From Azolla caroliniana (lineage: Eukaryota; Plantae; Polypodiophyta), in assembly GCA_043228905.1 (NCBI GenBank), contig JBHGNT010000004.1, positions 7,812,001-7,876,000 of the forward strand: a DNA stretch of 64,000 nucleotides, written 5' to 3'. The notes under the pieces were generated by a model that did not search any database, had not been told where the DNA came from, and saw only the letters and a list, made by a program, of their open reading frames with translations. Position 1 is the first letter of the stretch, and each line of letters starts with the position of its first letter. Positions 49,201-62,970 of this stretch are shown one piece after another. The translations under genes were made by a program, and so were the position numbers.

Positions 49201-51539
49201 TGTCAACTAGATCCCACACCCAGTAACCGAACTCATCATCGTCGTATCCAAGGAATATGCATAGCCTGGACTTCGGATCTAGCTTTTCTCTCTTGTCCTT
49301 TGCAACATGCACATATGCGAGACACCTGAGTCTCCTTCCAAGGGTGCTGAGGGTGATCTATTTATCACATAGGTCGTCGTCGTCAGCGCCCCAACCCAAA
49401 ACGTCTTGGCTAACTTGGCATGTGTGAGCATGCTCCAGACTCTCTCCATTATGGTCCGGTTCATCCTTTCGGCCAGACCGTTCAATTCCAGCGTCTTCAG
49501 CATGGTAAATTCGAGCCGGATTCCCTTCGACTGGTAGTACTCCTCGAACTACCCCCGATATTCTCCTCCGTTATTTTCTTGAACCGCCTTCAGCTTCCGA
49601 CCGGTTTCTCTTTCCAGTCTCTCGTGGAGCTCCTTGAAGACGGATAGCACATGATCCTTTGTCTTTAATGGTGAGACCCACAACTTCTGGTTGTGGTCAT
49701 CTATGAACGTCACGAAGTACTGCGATCCGGCATGTGACTTTGTGTCCACTTGACACACATCGGCATGCACCAGCTCTAGTGGTGCATTCCATCTCATCGG
49801 TGGTCTTGACCGGAAGGAGGTTTGGTTTTGCTTGCTAGCCAAGCAATCGACGCACTTCTCAAGTTGCACATCCTTCACCGGAATGAGGTTGTCTTCGGCA
49901 AGCCTCTTCATGCCCTTCTCACTCATGTGACACAATCTTTTGTGCCATAGCTCACCGGTAGTGTCGGATGCTACGTTCACTTCTTCCTGGCATATCCGAT
50001 CATGCATTAGGTACAATGTGTTGACCTTTCAGGTTCGGGCCACGATCAAGCTTCCCTTGCTGAACTTCATGACTCCGTTTCGAATGCTACCCATGTAGAC
50101 TTCATCATCTAGCCAATCGGCTGATATCAAGTTCAGTCGAACGTCCGGAATGTGTCAGACATCCTTCAGCAGCAACTTGCATCCGATTGATGTCGTCAAC
50201 AACACGTCTCCTATGCGGATAATTCGGCATGTACCTTCATTCCCCATCCGGACACAACCATGATCATTGGTTGTGTAGGATGAGAAACATCTCCGGTCCA
50301 GTGTCAAGTGGAACGACGCTTCGGAATCGACAACCCACGTTGTCTCGTCGTCGACAAGGTTTAACTCATTCTCTTTAGTAACGAGCATAAGTTTTTCTTC
50401 ACTTGTCGCGATTGCTGATGTTCCCTTCTGATCCGGGCCTCTTCGGTCCGAACCGTTTCGGTTCGAACTCTTCTTCGAATCGGTGGTGCCGGTTTCTTTC
50501 TCTTTCCGGAAATGCCGACAGTTCTTCTGGAAGTGTCCTCGCTTCCCACAGTAGAAGTAAATATGCCTCCCCCTTGACTTCGACCTCGTCCTTGACTTGT
50601 CCCAGTTTTGGGGACTCCGATACCGGCCTCTTCCCCGATTGTGGTCATCTTCCGTGAGCAAGGCTTTCGGATCGGTTCCGGACTCCCGGTCCTTCCGATG
50701 AGCTTCTTCATCTAGCAGGCTTGATTTTACCCTTGCTAGGGACAACTGCTTTCCTTCCGGTCCAGCGTTGGCCAACGTGACAATCTCCCAACTATCCGGG
50801 AGGGAACCGAGCATGAGTAATGCGAGTACCTCATCGGCAAGAGGTACTTTCAACAAGGTTGCCTAGTGGATCAGTCCTTGGAAGGCATTCATGTGCTCCG
50901 CCATATTGGAGTTGTCCTGGTACCGGAGCCTCACTAGCTTCTAGAGTACCGAAACCCGATTAACAACATTCTTGTTCTGGAACATGATGCCGATTTTCTC
51001 CCAGAGTTCATGAGCCTTGCTCTCTTCATTGAAGTTGTTGTACAGGCTCATGTCGATGAAGCACCGGATGTAGGCCGTCGTCTTCATGTGCATCACCTCC
51101 CACATTGTGGCATTGATCTTATCCGGTCTTTTGTCCTCGAACTGAACCGGCAACCAAAGATCTTTAACCACTAGCATGTCCCTCATCTTCGACTTCCACG
51201 TTGAGTAGTCGGAGCCGGTGAGCTTGAACATGCCGCTGAACGATTCTTCCATTTCTTGTGTTGTTCGCTCTGATACCAGATTGAAGGGAATAACATAGAA
51301 TATTGCTCGGCCACAACCGAGTCTTGAACACTTCTCTGAGAATGAAACACAGAAATGGGAAGTGGAGAGTAAAGGAAATACACATGATGTTTACGTGGAA
51401 AACCCTAAATGGGAAAAACCACGGGAGCCCACGGACTCCAACTATCACTATAGGAGAAATGTACAATCAGAGCCTCGAAGACAACGACCTCAAGCTCTGT
51501 ATCTTCACCAACCGGTGGTTACAACAGAGTATCGCTCTG

Positions 51540-51580
<41 letters not shown>

Positions 51581-51845
51581 CTCTATACAACAATATGACA
51601 ATAACAACTACCTTAAAGTGATTGCCCTAAGTCATATTTATACTTATATGAAATCAGGGCTATTTACAAATATAGCCTCAATAGGCTTGCTCAAGACATA
51701 TTTATGAATATGTCTATGTTCCGGTTCTCACCAACTCTCTTCTAGTTCTCACCAAGTCTCCTCCAGTTTCCGGATCTCTTCCGGTTCTCACCGGGTCCTC
51801 TTTATTCATCACCGGATCCCATCCGGAGAGACCGATTTCCCAACA
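46238..51845 (-). mobile_element. Ty1/copia element, degenerate, nested in the chromovirus integrase
   Basis: LTRs 46238-46772 and 51282-51845; perfect TSD GGAAT; PBS TGGTATCAGAGCGA (51265-51278); PPT GAAGGGGGAGAT; domain order gag-PR-INT-RT-RH (WVVDSEAS, LWHKRLCH, QLDVKAAFLHGDL, YVDD). Confidence 0.96.
46941..47393 (-). mobile_element. Solo LTR of the 44700-58047 chromovirus family, inserted in the copia RNaseH
   Basis: Colinear with 44700-45138; interrupts YHW|IRERV; TSD degenerate (CAAGT/CCAAT). Confidence 0.9.
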
Positions 51846-53427
51846 GGAATGTCCAAGGGATGTAAAAGTTCAGCGGCTTTAAGTCGCTCGGCTTTGTTAA
51901 TCTAACACTGGTGACATTTAGTCACATAACTATGTATGTAAGGACGCATCTTAGGCCAATCGAATTGAGTGGATATGAGAATGAGTGTACGATGTATTCC
52001 ATGGTGCCTTGCTCATTGTGCATCATGACATTAAAAAATAATTCTCTTTTTGACCTCAAGCAAATTTGGAACACAAACCTTCCCATTACGGTAGAGCAGA
52101 CCATTAGCAATGTAGAAGGATTCCTTTGAGGATGTGGTGGCATCTGTTCCAAACTCAACTCTTGCCCAATATTTCGCAAAATAACTATCATCAGGATACT
52201 TTCCTCGAAGGTGATCATAAAGATTTGATGTTATTTTAGTGAAGCTAAGCATGTTAACTTCACGGATGCGACTTAGTGCATTAGCAATAGTGTTCATGGA
52301 ACCTTTACGATATCGTATGGAAAAATAAAAGTCCAGGATGAGATTTACCCATCGTGCCTTACGACCTTTAAGGTCTTGTTGGTTACAAAAATATTTCAAG
52401 GATTCGTGGTCCGTAGTTACCACAAAACAATTTCCATGAAGATAATGACGCCATGTCGTGAGCACATGAATAACGGCAAATAATTCCTTTTCTTGCACCG
52501 TATACCGACACTGAGTAGAATCAAGTTTCTTACTCTCAAATGCTATTGGTTTACCACCTTGATATAGGACAACACCTATAGCATAATCACTTGCGTCAGT
52601 TTCAACCTTAAAAGGTTTTGAAGGATCTGGTAAAAGAAGCGAAGGAGCCTTGCAGACCAAGCCCATGAGTTCCTTAAAGGCGAGGTCTAATGTAGCATTC
52701 CACACAATAGGTTTTGTAGACTTACGCGTTTGACCTTTGAGAAGATCAATAAATGGTGTCGTCAATTGGGAGTAATTACGAAGAGATTTTTGCAAAACCC
52801 AACAAAACCAAGGAATGATCGAACTTCTCGAATATTCCGAAGAGTAGGCCAAAGTTTGACTTTCTTGATGCGAGAAGGATCAATTTCAACTCCTCGTTCG
52901 GTTATGAGATGTCCAAGATAACTAATTGATTTCTTGAAGAACTCGCATTTTGAGATCTTCATGTAAAACATTTTGTCGCGCAATGTTTGTAAAACAAAGT
53001 GGACATGTTTAACATGTCCTTCTAATGTACGAATATAAACTAGAATATCATCCAAGAAAATAACGATAAATTTTCCAAATTGTTCTTGGAAAATGTCATT
53101 CATTTCTTGTTGAAATGTGGCCAGAGCATTGGTCAAACCGAAATGCATGACCAAAAACTCATAATGGCCATAACGCGTATGAAAAGCTACTTTAGGAACA
53201 TCTTCCTCACTTATATAAATTTGACGGTAGCCCGTACAAAGATCAAGTTTCATAAAATATCAAGCTCACTAGAGATGGTAAATTAGATTCAGCCTGAGGC
53301 AATGGATATGAATTCTTAACCGTCATTGTATTCAAGCGTTGGTAATTAATACACATACATGTGCCCTCTTTCTTTCTCACCAAGAGAATAGTGCACCCCA
53401 TGGAGATTTACTATAACATATATAACC

Positions 53428-53953
53428 TGTTGAGCGGGCAAGCTCAATCGGATCTGGATCATTTGAATAAGCCAGAGCCGGATCGATATCCGGAACGGAG
53501 AACTGGATAAGTATCCGGATCGATGTCCGGAACCTAGAGCCGATTGATATCTGGAATGAAGAACTGGATAAGTACCCAAATCGGTGTCCGAAAATATTGG
53601 TATCTGGAACCTAGAGCCAGATCGTAATCTGGATAAGGATGAACCAGTAGGCTATTAGAGGCCTACAAATCTAGCCTAGTACGTAGGCATATTTTTGGGA
53701 GTTAGTGTCGGTCGCTCGTATGAGCATTGAAGTACATGTCATTACTTCTTTCAGTCCTTTTAAGGACTTGTATAAAAAGTGTTCAATAAGACATTGTATG
53801 TACATAGTGTTATTATTTTGAATTGAGTTTTTTTGTTCTGCTCTCTCTCTAACTCTCTTGCGTACTCAAGCTTTCCATTAAACCTCCATTCTGTGTTCTG
53901 TTGTTATCCAGACTAGCCGGTTTTGTCTTAGCTTCCGCACATTATCTTTCACA
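53428..53953 (+). mobile_element. Solo LTR of another family, inserted in the chromovirus RT
   Basis: TGTTGAG...TTTCACA with perfect TSD TAACC; TATAAAA at about 53771 on the plus strand. Confidence 0.9.
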
Positions 53954-56900
53954 TAACCCATTCGTAAATAGTCCTTGAGTTGCTTAGATACCTCATCCTC
54001 TTCGGATCGACTCAAATGATAAGGATGTATACTTATTGGTGCAACACCAGGTACAATATCTATATGATGGTCTACATTACATTTAAGAGGTAACCCCTGT
54101 GGTAGTTCACTTGGAAAACCATCACAAAAATCATTTAAGATTTCATTGAGTTGTTGTTGTTCAAAATATGATAATTGACCTGAGACATTATCGATATTAT
54201 AAATGTGAATGTTCAAATCAAATACACAATAAAATAAAGAAGAACAAGACAACTCAAATATTGATGGAGAGGAAACAATCGAAAGAGATTATTTGTTTAC
54301 ACATTGAATAAAATGGGTACAATCGTTCAGTACAAAGGAAATGGAAAGACAACCCAATCAATAGACAAAGAAGATTTTTTATTATAAAACTAGGGATAAC
54401 CCAATATTACATCAGTGGTACAAAGTGTCACAGACACCCCAAGCGCGGACTAGGACGGAGCAGAGATGATGGGGCTATGAGCGACAGATGAACTTGGAGC
54501 TAGATGTGACAAGGCTAGGAACTCTAGATGTTGTGAGCGATATGAGGGCATGAAGATAGAAATAAAGATCAAGGAGGGAAAGATGAGGTCAAGAGTTCAA
54601 ATCTTGACATAATTGTTGTCATGTCTATGACACAAAGATTCATTACATGGAAGTCTACTTCCTCTATATAAGTATCAATAGAAATTCCTAATGAATGAAT
54701 CGTCCCATTGATGTATTGTACTCTTCCATCAGCCAAGTGCACCTTATAGATGTGATCACGTACAGTGGGTTGGATTCCCCATATTTGAACCAAACGATCA
54801 TTCACAAAGTTGTGTGAGCTTCCCAAATCAAATAAAAATTGTATGGGAGATCCATTGATAAACCCGTTTGCACAACGTAAATTATTGGGTCCCAATACGT
54901 AGTGAGGGAAAGAACATTTACAATTACTTAAATGATGTGTATAGACCTGAAGGACATTAGGTATTTGACCTTTATGGTTTGCAACTTTTGTTTTGTTGTC
55001 GTGCTCTTTCCGTTGGAGCTTTCGACATTGCTCTTTTGTATGATCCTTCTTTTTGCATAATACACAAAAAGGATGTTGTCGCTTACAATCGAGATCCATA
55101 AATTCGTTGGGTGTCTTGCGTTTCCCAACGAATTGCAACTCCTAAGTCTTGAGCGCTTCGTTGGGTTTGTTATGGTCCTTCTTCGAAGTGTGTTGATAGC
55201 AAAGAACTATTTCAACAGTCTTTTCAAAGGATTTGGGATCCTTATCGTGCATTATCCAGTGATAGTCCGAATTGGGGATGCCATTGACAAAACAAGCTAT
55301 CAACCAATTGTCCCTTCTAGACCCGATTTTTGGATTTGGGTTCTAGCATGGTGAACATAGTCTTCTAGCGAGGAAAATTTCTGGCTAGAGAGGTTCATTA
55401 ATGCTTGTGCTGCCTCGGTTCGAGATGGAGGTTGAAGAAATTGACCCTTGAAAACTGTGACAAAGTTTATCCAGGTATCACGCAAATTCCCTGTAGTGCG
55501 GAGCCCACGCCACTAGGCGGCGGCCTTACCTCCTAGTTCTCGACCAACATATGCAATCTTTGTACTATCTGGCTTGGGATAGAGCTCAAAATGAGACTCC
55601 CATTGGCCCAAACATGTGCAGATTGCTTCTTCGGTTCTTTCCTTTTTTTCTCCCATAAATGGCTTTATGACAAATAATGGTTCACCTTGACGCTCATCGG
55701 GTCTATTAGTATCACATTGTAAACTAATGACACGTGCCTCGAGGGCACTATGAGATTCCCGAAGTTTGGTCATCTAATGCAAGGTTGAATTAAGGAAATT
55801 TTGTATTTGTAAAAAATACGACTCAATGGGGATTGGCCCAGGAGGATTTCCTTGAATTCCTTCCACTTGTGGGGATGTCATCGGGTCGTTATTATGAGCC
55901 ATTTAATGATAATTTCTAGCACAAAAATAGGATAAGGTTAGACAAATAGTCATAACATCATGTCGTGATGTAAACATATCATGGGCAAACATTAATCGAT
56001 ATCATGATCTCACGTCAATACTCCTCTAGACGTATGAGATGAGATTCAAGATCAGGTTACTATGGTAACACAAAAGTGTTTTAAAAACCATGGGGATGAC
56101 AAATGCATGTCTTTCCCTGATCTCTATATCGATTTTTTCATGGCGGCTCCCCAAGGCTCAACCATGTATGTTTGCGTCATGAATAGTTTAAACACGAAAA
56201 AATGTTAACAATAAACTATGTCTTTGTGCCCACCCATGTGGTTTCGGCTCCTTAGGTCCTATTACGAGGACCCCGAAGTGCACTTAGACCTAAAGTCTAA
56301 ACATGTTTTATAGTTATATGTATCAACAATATTGTATGATCTTGGTCATATTTGAACTCAAGACCTCGAGAACAAAAGCATTAAACACTTGAGCTAATCA
56401 ATTGGTTTGCTCCTTTTGAATGGTTAATGTTTTATGCGTATAAGAGATATGTAAAGGCATTTGCCCATATATGTTTTTTAAAAGAAAACATATATGTCGA
56501 GAGTCCTTATTTCCCCCTCATTTACTACAAAACTATGTTGGTACGTTACCAACCTCAAGTCTCATAATTACGATGGCATACGCCAAAGTGCAACCTAATG
56601 GCCAAGCCAAATGAGCCGTCTTTTCGTAGTAGGCCCACGTGGCCCATCACATGGTTACATCATTACGAATGCCTTCCGTAATGATGATCTCGTGGTGGCA
56701 TCGTATCCATGTAACGAGGGAGGGATGTTGGAAGCGTGTGTCCTAGGAGCGACCTCATATGAAGTGGGTCAAGCCCTACGCTCTCAACATCATTGTGGCT
56801 ATGATCGTTTTGTTATAACGCGTAGAGAAATCGAAGTGATCAACGGGGATGACAACAAAAAAAATGTTGAAAAAAGGATGGTGACAACGCCATTCTCACA

Positions 56901-57097
56901 AAAATGTGACGATGGCCACCAAGATCCTTTCCCCGAAAAGGACAACATTCGATATACAAAATCACGTAATAACGAATATACACATACCTATATTTATCAC
57001 ATGTATACAATCAAATATGTATACCCATGACCACACATGCGTATACTAAAAAAAATCGTAACATAAAATGGCCAACAAATGATGAAATCGAGACACG

Positions 57098-57345
57098 TAA
57101 TCGAGGCATATAGCCTCTACGCACATGAAATATCCAAAAATAAGGGTGAACATAATATGCAATTGAGGTATTGACCTCTTATGCATACGACACCAATTGC
57201 ATATCATTTACATAGAAATCGAGGTATTCACCTCATACGCATACATAACATATGTATTTGAACGTAATACGCAATTGAGGCATTAACCTCGTACACATAT
57301 GTTACGAATATATGTCAAATGAGGTATTGATCTCATACACATATA
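57098..57345. repeat. Array of five short hairpin repeats with non-identical spacers in the chromovirus 5' leader
   Basis: GAGG-N6/7-CCTC cores at 57103, 57165, 57221, 57277 and 57321 (last copy TCTC). Confidence 0.75.
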
Positions 57346-59553
57346 TATACGTTTTATACAACCAATCCATTACCACTGTACAACATCATTGAATCATTAA
57401 AAAAAATACATATTGACTATACATTATTAGATTGGGAGAAGAAAGAATAGATTTATTTTTTAGAAAGAGTTACTGAAGCTCGCTTGTTAATGCCTTTCTG
57501 AATCAAGGTCGATCACACACCGATCGATCATGATTCATCAAAAGAAAACAATCAACAAATGAAACATTAGAAACATGGCTCGGATATCAATTGTTAGAGT
57601 TATGTTCTAAAGTAAGCATGAGATAAGCATATAAAAAATAGATAGATAGAAAGGAGAGAGAGAGAAAGAAGGGTGTCGATCCACCCAACCACCCTCGAGT
57701 GAAGGGATTGAGACGGACTTGAGCCTCGATTGGCGTCCCATACCACCGTCGTGGCGTCGAGTCGTACCTGGTGCTGGCGCGCTCGCTACAAGGGTTGACC
57801 CACCACAAGGACGGAGTTTCGACTTAGTCAAGAGATGATGAAATGAGGGTAGCTAGGCCTCATATTTATAGCCAGACCCAAGGCTCCCAGGCAAGTTCAC
57901 ACTTGGCCTAATGGGTTGTCTCAATCCTGAGGATTAAAAGTAATCCTCCCCTTCTTTACACTCTCATTTAACCCACACTTTATCCACGTGTATAGAATAC
58001 TATGGTACATTCTCACCACGGGATATTATATGGTCATGCTTGTAACAGGTGGGGCTTGAGGGAAATCGGTGGTGGTTGTCGAGGTACTTAAATTCGATGT
58101 TGCAAAACAAATAGTGCATACAATGTTGTGGGGGGTGTACTCCTAGTGGACCCATGGTGTTCAAGCATCACTCACTAATGTTGTCCACTACGATTGTAAT
58201 AGCAACTCATCGTGATCGTGAAAAATGTTGTCAATTGGCCAATGTCAAAAGGGGTCACACGTAGGGTAGACTATGTTTGTGTGGATAGAACATCGATTCA
58301 TAATGATGGTTTCTAGTTAAAAGAGGATGAAAGTGGGTAGTTGGTAGAGAATGCAACTATGGCAAGTGTAGCAATTGGACTTTGTTAGGTACAAGTCACC
58401 TAATTACTTAATAGAGCATGGTTAAGAATGCTTAACACACAAATATAAGTGGCAAAAATAGATGCAAACACCTTGATAAACCATATGCAATAGCTGGCTT
58501 AACCTACAAACCCTTGAAGATTCTAGTCATTTGTTGGGTAGGGCATTCGTAGAATTAGACAACACTTTGCTGATATACCATCTTTTATGGGCAAAACTTC
58601 ATTTGTGAATATGCCACTTTTGGAAACTACATGCCACCAATATTTGCCCATAACCCAAAACTAGCATGTCAATGGTTTTTAGGTAGAGCTGATATTTCCA
58701 GATTTTTTCAAATACTTCTTTTTTTCAGAAATTAGCAATATCTATTTCCTAAATCTACAACAGCAATAGGTGGGGTAATACGTAGTAATACACTATATGG
58801 TATATAGCATACGAACATACACATTCTACAGGCAGTGAACCTCTATATAGCTAGTTACTCACAAAAACTTTGATGCACCTTTGGTCCTTTCTATGATTAC
58901 TAAATGATTATCATCTCTTTTATTAACTTGCCTTGTAGATGCTAAACATCCCCTTGTAAGTATATTAATCACAAGAGAAGTAAATTCTAATTGCTAAGAA
59001 TCTCTATTTGTATGTCACATTTATCATCATATATGCTTGAATCAAAGTATGGAATGATGTCATGCTATATGCATCATCCATGGTTAACGGCAACTCTCGA
59101 TTTTGCAATAGCATACCAACTAAATCATAAGACCAAAACAGATGTAGTTATGATAGAACCTAGAATCAAAAAATGGTGCCTTTATTATAAAATTAATAAC
59201 AAACTTTTTGCTGCAGTTTCTTTGTAACTCATATACTAATTGTCCAATTGAGACATAATTCACCACAAGACCACCAAATTCTTCCATGATTTCCACTCAT
59301 CCAAAAAATCAGATACACGGCCAATTGAATCATTTTTACCAAAACCTATGGCTAAAACCAGACAACATGCTTTCCTGAACACATCTCTTCAACCTCGCCT
59401 TGACTTGGAATGCATGACCATCCAGAGTTGGGGTCCTAGTGCCCTCTTTAGTACAAAACCATAACATCAAGGAAGCATGGAAGTAAAAGATACATACAAG
59501 AGTAAAACGCAGCAGGTATACGCACCCCACCGTTCACTTGACTAGAAATGCAA

Positions 59554-62500
59554 TTATTCTTGCCGTTCTAGCTCAGTCATTCTTTCAATAATTGCCTGCA
59601 AGAGAATTATAGCTAGTGAACTCAAGAACCTTGTTGAAGGGCAAACCTTTTCACTTGCATTAAAAAACTTTTAATAGATAATGGTAACACATAATTAAAG
59701 TTCATTTCATATCCTTAATTTCTCACAATTGATGCCACAGAGAGGAAAATAAATCTTTTGCAGATTTGCTGTCTTGGATCTTCATTTATATTTGTCTATA
59801 AAATTATATTTCGCAGCACTCAAATAAACAAGAAATAGTCCAGGTGTAACATTGATACCTTTTTGCTAGTTTCTTGCAGTTCGCCAGCAAGAATGAACTC
59901 ATCAATGATCAAATAAACCTGTAAACACAAAACACAACTAAGAGATCCAAGATGTTTACACAAATTCGGAAAATTTTGAAACCTTGCAAATTCACATTAT
60001 CATTATTACTTGCCTTGTGAAAATTGAAAACCAAGTCAAGTTCACAAACGTTGCTGAAGAAATGATCCAGGATTTCCACAAATAAATGAATGCTCTCCAA
60101 ATAAACTAGCTCATTATCAGTGATGTCAACACACATAGAGAAAAAAAGACCAGCATATCTCCTGTATATGACCTTGTGTGTTCGAAACTGCAAATGAAAA
60201 GACCAGAGAAAATGTGTGTGTATGTGTGTGTCCATCTCACTTAGTGCATGGAATGAAATAGAGAAAATCCAAAAATTGTTCTTACATAGAAAACTGGGGG
60301 TAAAATCCTTAACATTGCTATTAGAAACAGGTGCTCAGCCCATAGAGGTACTAGCCATGCAAAGAGTATACAAGTATTTTACAAATCTCAAGAATATGCC
60401 CAATATTAGACAGCCAAAACAAGCTTGGAACATGACTGGTGCTTGACATTATGGAATGGTTTAAGAGATAGGAAGTAAAATATCTATTGGAGCGGAGGTC
60501 ATGCTATGAAGTATGTGATCAACGAGGATAGATTACTGGAGGCACTAAGGATGAAGTGGCAAGATACTAAAATGTTAAAATTGGAAGGCACTAAGGATGA
60601 AGTGGCAAGATGCTAAAATGTCAACATTCGGAGCCACTAAGGATGACATGGCAAGATGCTAAAATATCAAAGTTGCAAATATTAACCCCCAATGTTGGCC
60701 TCAATACAAGGTAAAAATGCCAGAACTTATTCAATTGCATCTCACTACCCCATCAGCCTTGACTCTCGGCAAGCCTTAAAATTTCTTTGAACTTGCTCAC
60801 AAAAGTTAGGTATTGAGATAGCAGCATGGCATCATGGCATCATCACCCAAATATGAACATGTCTCCATCCATGTTTTTTGAGTCACCCAGGAAGAATCGG
60901 ACCACACATCCCCGTGGGCCGTGATCTAGGGAGCAATCCAAAGAGATGCCAGAAGTCTCCTGCGATAAATAATCCCAACACATCTCATAATGTGTTGCCA
61001 ATATATCTTTCCAAGGATCTAGTAAAATACTGATGACCATAAGAAACATATGGTTCTGCATCCCAATCTTATAATGCATCACTAAAATATCTATGTCAAA
61101 GGACATGGCAAGATGCTAATGAACATGAGAAAAAAGGGGGCCTGGATTCCAAGAGGCTCAATCCATGTACCCTCTCTCCTCAGAACTTCATACAAGTTGA
61201 TGATTATGCATTAAGATTTCTTTTGCACATACTTTGTCTTCTTCTCATCAAGAAGCAGGTAAACTGTAATTAAAATTATTTACATATCTGATTGCCTCCT
61301 AAATCCTTGCTATAAATACACGACACCTAGGGTGTCTGTGTACTAACTTAATCCAATACATATTCAAAGATTGTAAATCAAATGAAAGGTTTTATATAGT
61401 GTTCCAACATTCGCTGATTTGGGAACTCATCTCATGCAAAATCTCTAAATGTTAATTGTCTCCACATACTCTACTCTTGGCTTCTTTCCTCTTTAAACAC
61501 AGAAATACTTTTAAAAGATTTGATCTGCAAAATAGAAAATAAATATGGAAATAAGATTAACCTCGACAAAGTTGGTAAACTTTGGGTCTCTGTTAACAAC
61601 CAACCTATGAACCTGTGTGCACCAGAGAGAAGAAAAAAACATGTAAAGGGAATCAACATTTAATGGAAATCAAAGCAATTGCTATGGAAATAATGATCGT
61701 TTCAGGGTTACTTTAATGATATTGTACATTCATTGGGAGGAAAATATGCAAAGCTTCTAATGTGTACTCTTGTTCAGGCAGATCAATTTTTTCTTTGCGG
61801 ATAAACTTTTGTTTCAAAAGACAAGTTCATATTGATTAACTTTTATTTTTACAAAGATCTTTGCTTGGCAATAAAAGCTCGCCAAATTCACAACTTTCCG
61901 ATTGAAATCTGGATTATCTAGAGAGATTTATGCCATACTCTCTCTACAGTGTATCCTCAGAATCTAGATGATGTAATGAGCATAACTTTCTACCTCGCAC
62001 TCTAGCTTATGGTTCTTAGAATCTTAGGAAAATATGTAAAGCTTTGGCTTTGCTAGAATCTTCATCTGGTGAGAAAACCATATGAAATTCTTCGTTTTTC
62101 TGAAAGAATCTAGATTATATAAGTAGAAAGGAGGAGATAATTTACCTCATATTCTAATTTATGCTTCTCTGAATCTTCAAGAGGTATGTAGTATTTGGCA
62201 AGCCTCGTTTTCCCTTGCCTATTTTGAAGCAATATGAAGCGAATCTGCAACATTACATTTTCGCACAGTAAATCAAACTTCATATCGTCAGTTTCTTTGC
62301 TTTTCCTTTCTTTTTCCAAACAAACTATGAAAATGTAAGCTTTTTTTCTGTTTCGGATGACATGAGCTTTCAGATGATAAGCGTTTCTTGTGTGTTTCAG
62401 ACGGAGAGCGGATTTCTGATGATAAGCTTTTGAATTTGTTTTCCAGAAGAAATCAAATTCCTGATGACAAGCTTTTGCTTCTTTCTTTTCAGGGAATGAA

Positions 62501-62636
62501 AACAAAATCTCGCACTAAATTACGAACAGGACGTCAATTACATACACACTAAATGTATCCGAACATAAGTCGTCCAATATCTAGATAACAGTGAAATGGA
62601 AACAAAGAAGGCATATACAGGAATAATTATTACCAT
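59554..62636 (-). CDS. AP2S: AP-2 adaptor complex sigma subunit, 6 exons
   Basis: Exons (approximate): 62636-62634 (ATG), 62244-62146 ([21 protein letters not shown]), 61612-61562 ([17 protein letters not shown]), 60187-60014 ([28 protein letters not shown]), 59918-59859 ([20 protein letters not shown]), 59595-59554 ([13 protein letters not shown]). Confidence 0.96.
60230..61110 (+). mobile_element. Intronic LINE 3' remnant with an internal 3 x ~45-bp tandem repeat (60538-60670)
   Basis: [12 protein letters not shown]...[11 protein letters not shown]...[12 protein letters not shown] resembles a post-RT LINE region; repeat core cactaaggatga..tggcaagat.ctaaaat. Confidence 0.55.
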
Positions 62637-62859
62637 GGCTTAGACGAGGGAAGCGAATGGCTGGCGGGGGATCCCTTCTTCGCTCAGATCCGCGACGAAA
62701 AACAGTGTTTCTCTCGACTCTAACCTTCTCGATGTCTCTAACTCTGTCTCTGTCTCTCTCCTACATACGTACGTACATACAGGGTTGTACGCATACGATA
62801 CAGTCTGTATTCATTCATGTACGTATATTTATACGATGTACATATTATACTATAACACT

Positions 62860-62970
62860 ATGTGTATGTGTATGTGTATGTGTATGCATGCATGTATGTA
62901 TGTATGTATGTATGTATGTATGTATGTATGTATGTATGTGCGTATGTCACATGTGTGTATGTATGTACGT
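62860..62970. repeat. (TATG)n/(TGTATG)n microsatellite upstream of AP2S
   Basis: Directly visible. Confidence 0.95.

Larger units (their letters stand above)
44700..58047 (-). mobile_element. Degenerate chromovirus (Ty3/gypsy) with nested insertions
   Basis: LTRs 44700-45138 and 57592-58047; TSD CGTGG/GGTGG; PPT at about 45140; degenerate iMet PBS at about 57577-57590; gag 55073-55773, PR (LFDLGSSHNF), RT (FLDDILVY), RH, INT and chromodomain (PERILD...FKIKW...WE). Confidence 0.93.

Noticed and set aside
56345-56400. Possible A/B-box cassette on the minus strand in the chromovirus leader
   Set aside because: Boxes are imperfect and closer than tRNA spacing; could be chance.
57098-57345. True CRISPR array
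   Set aside because: Eukaryotic retroelement context, degenerate repeats, irregular spacing and no cas genes. Kept only as a hairpin array.
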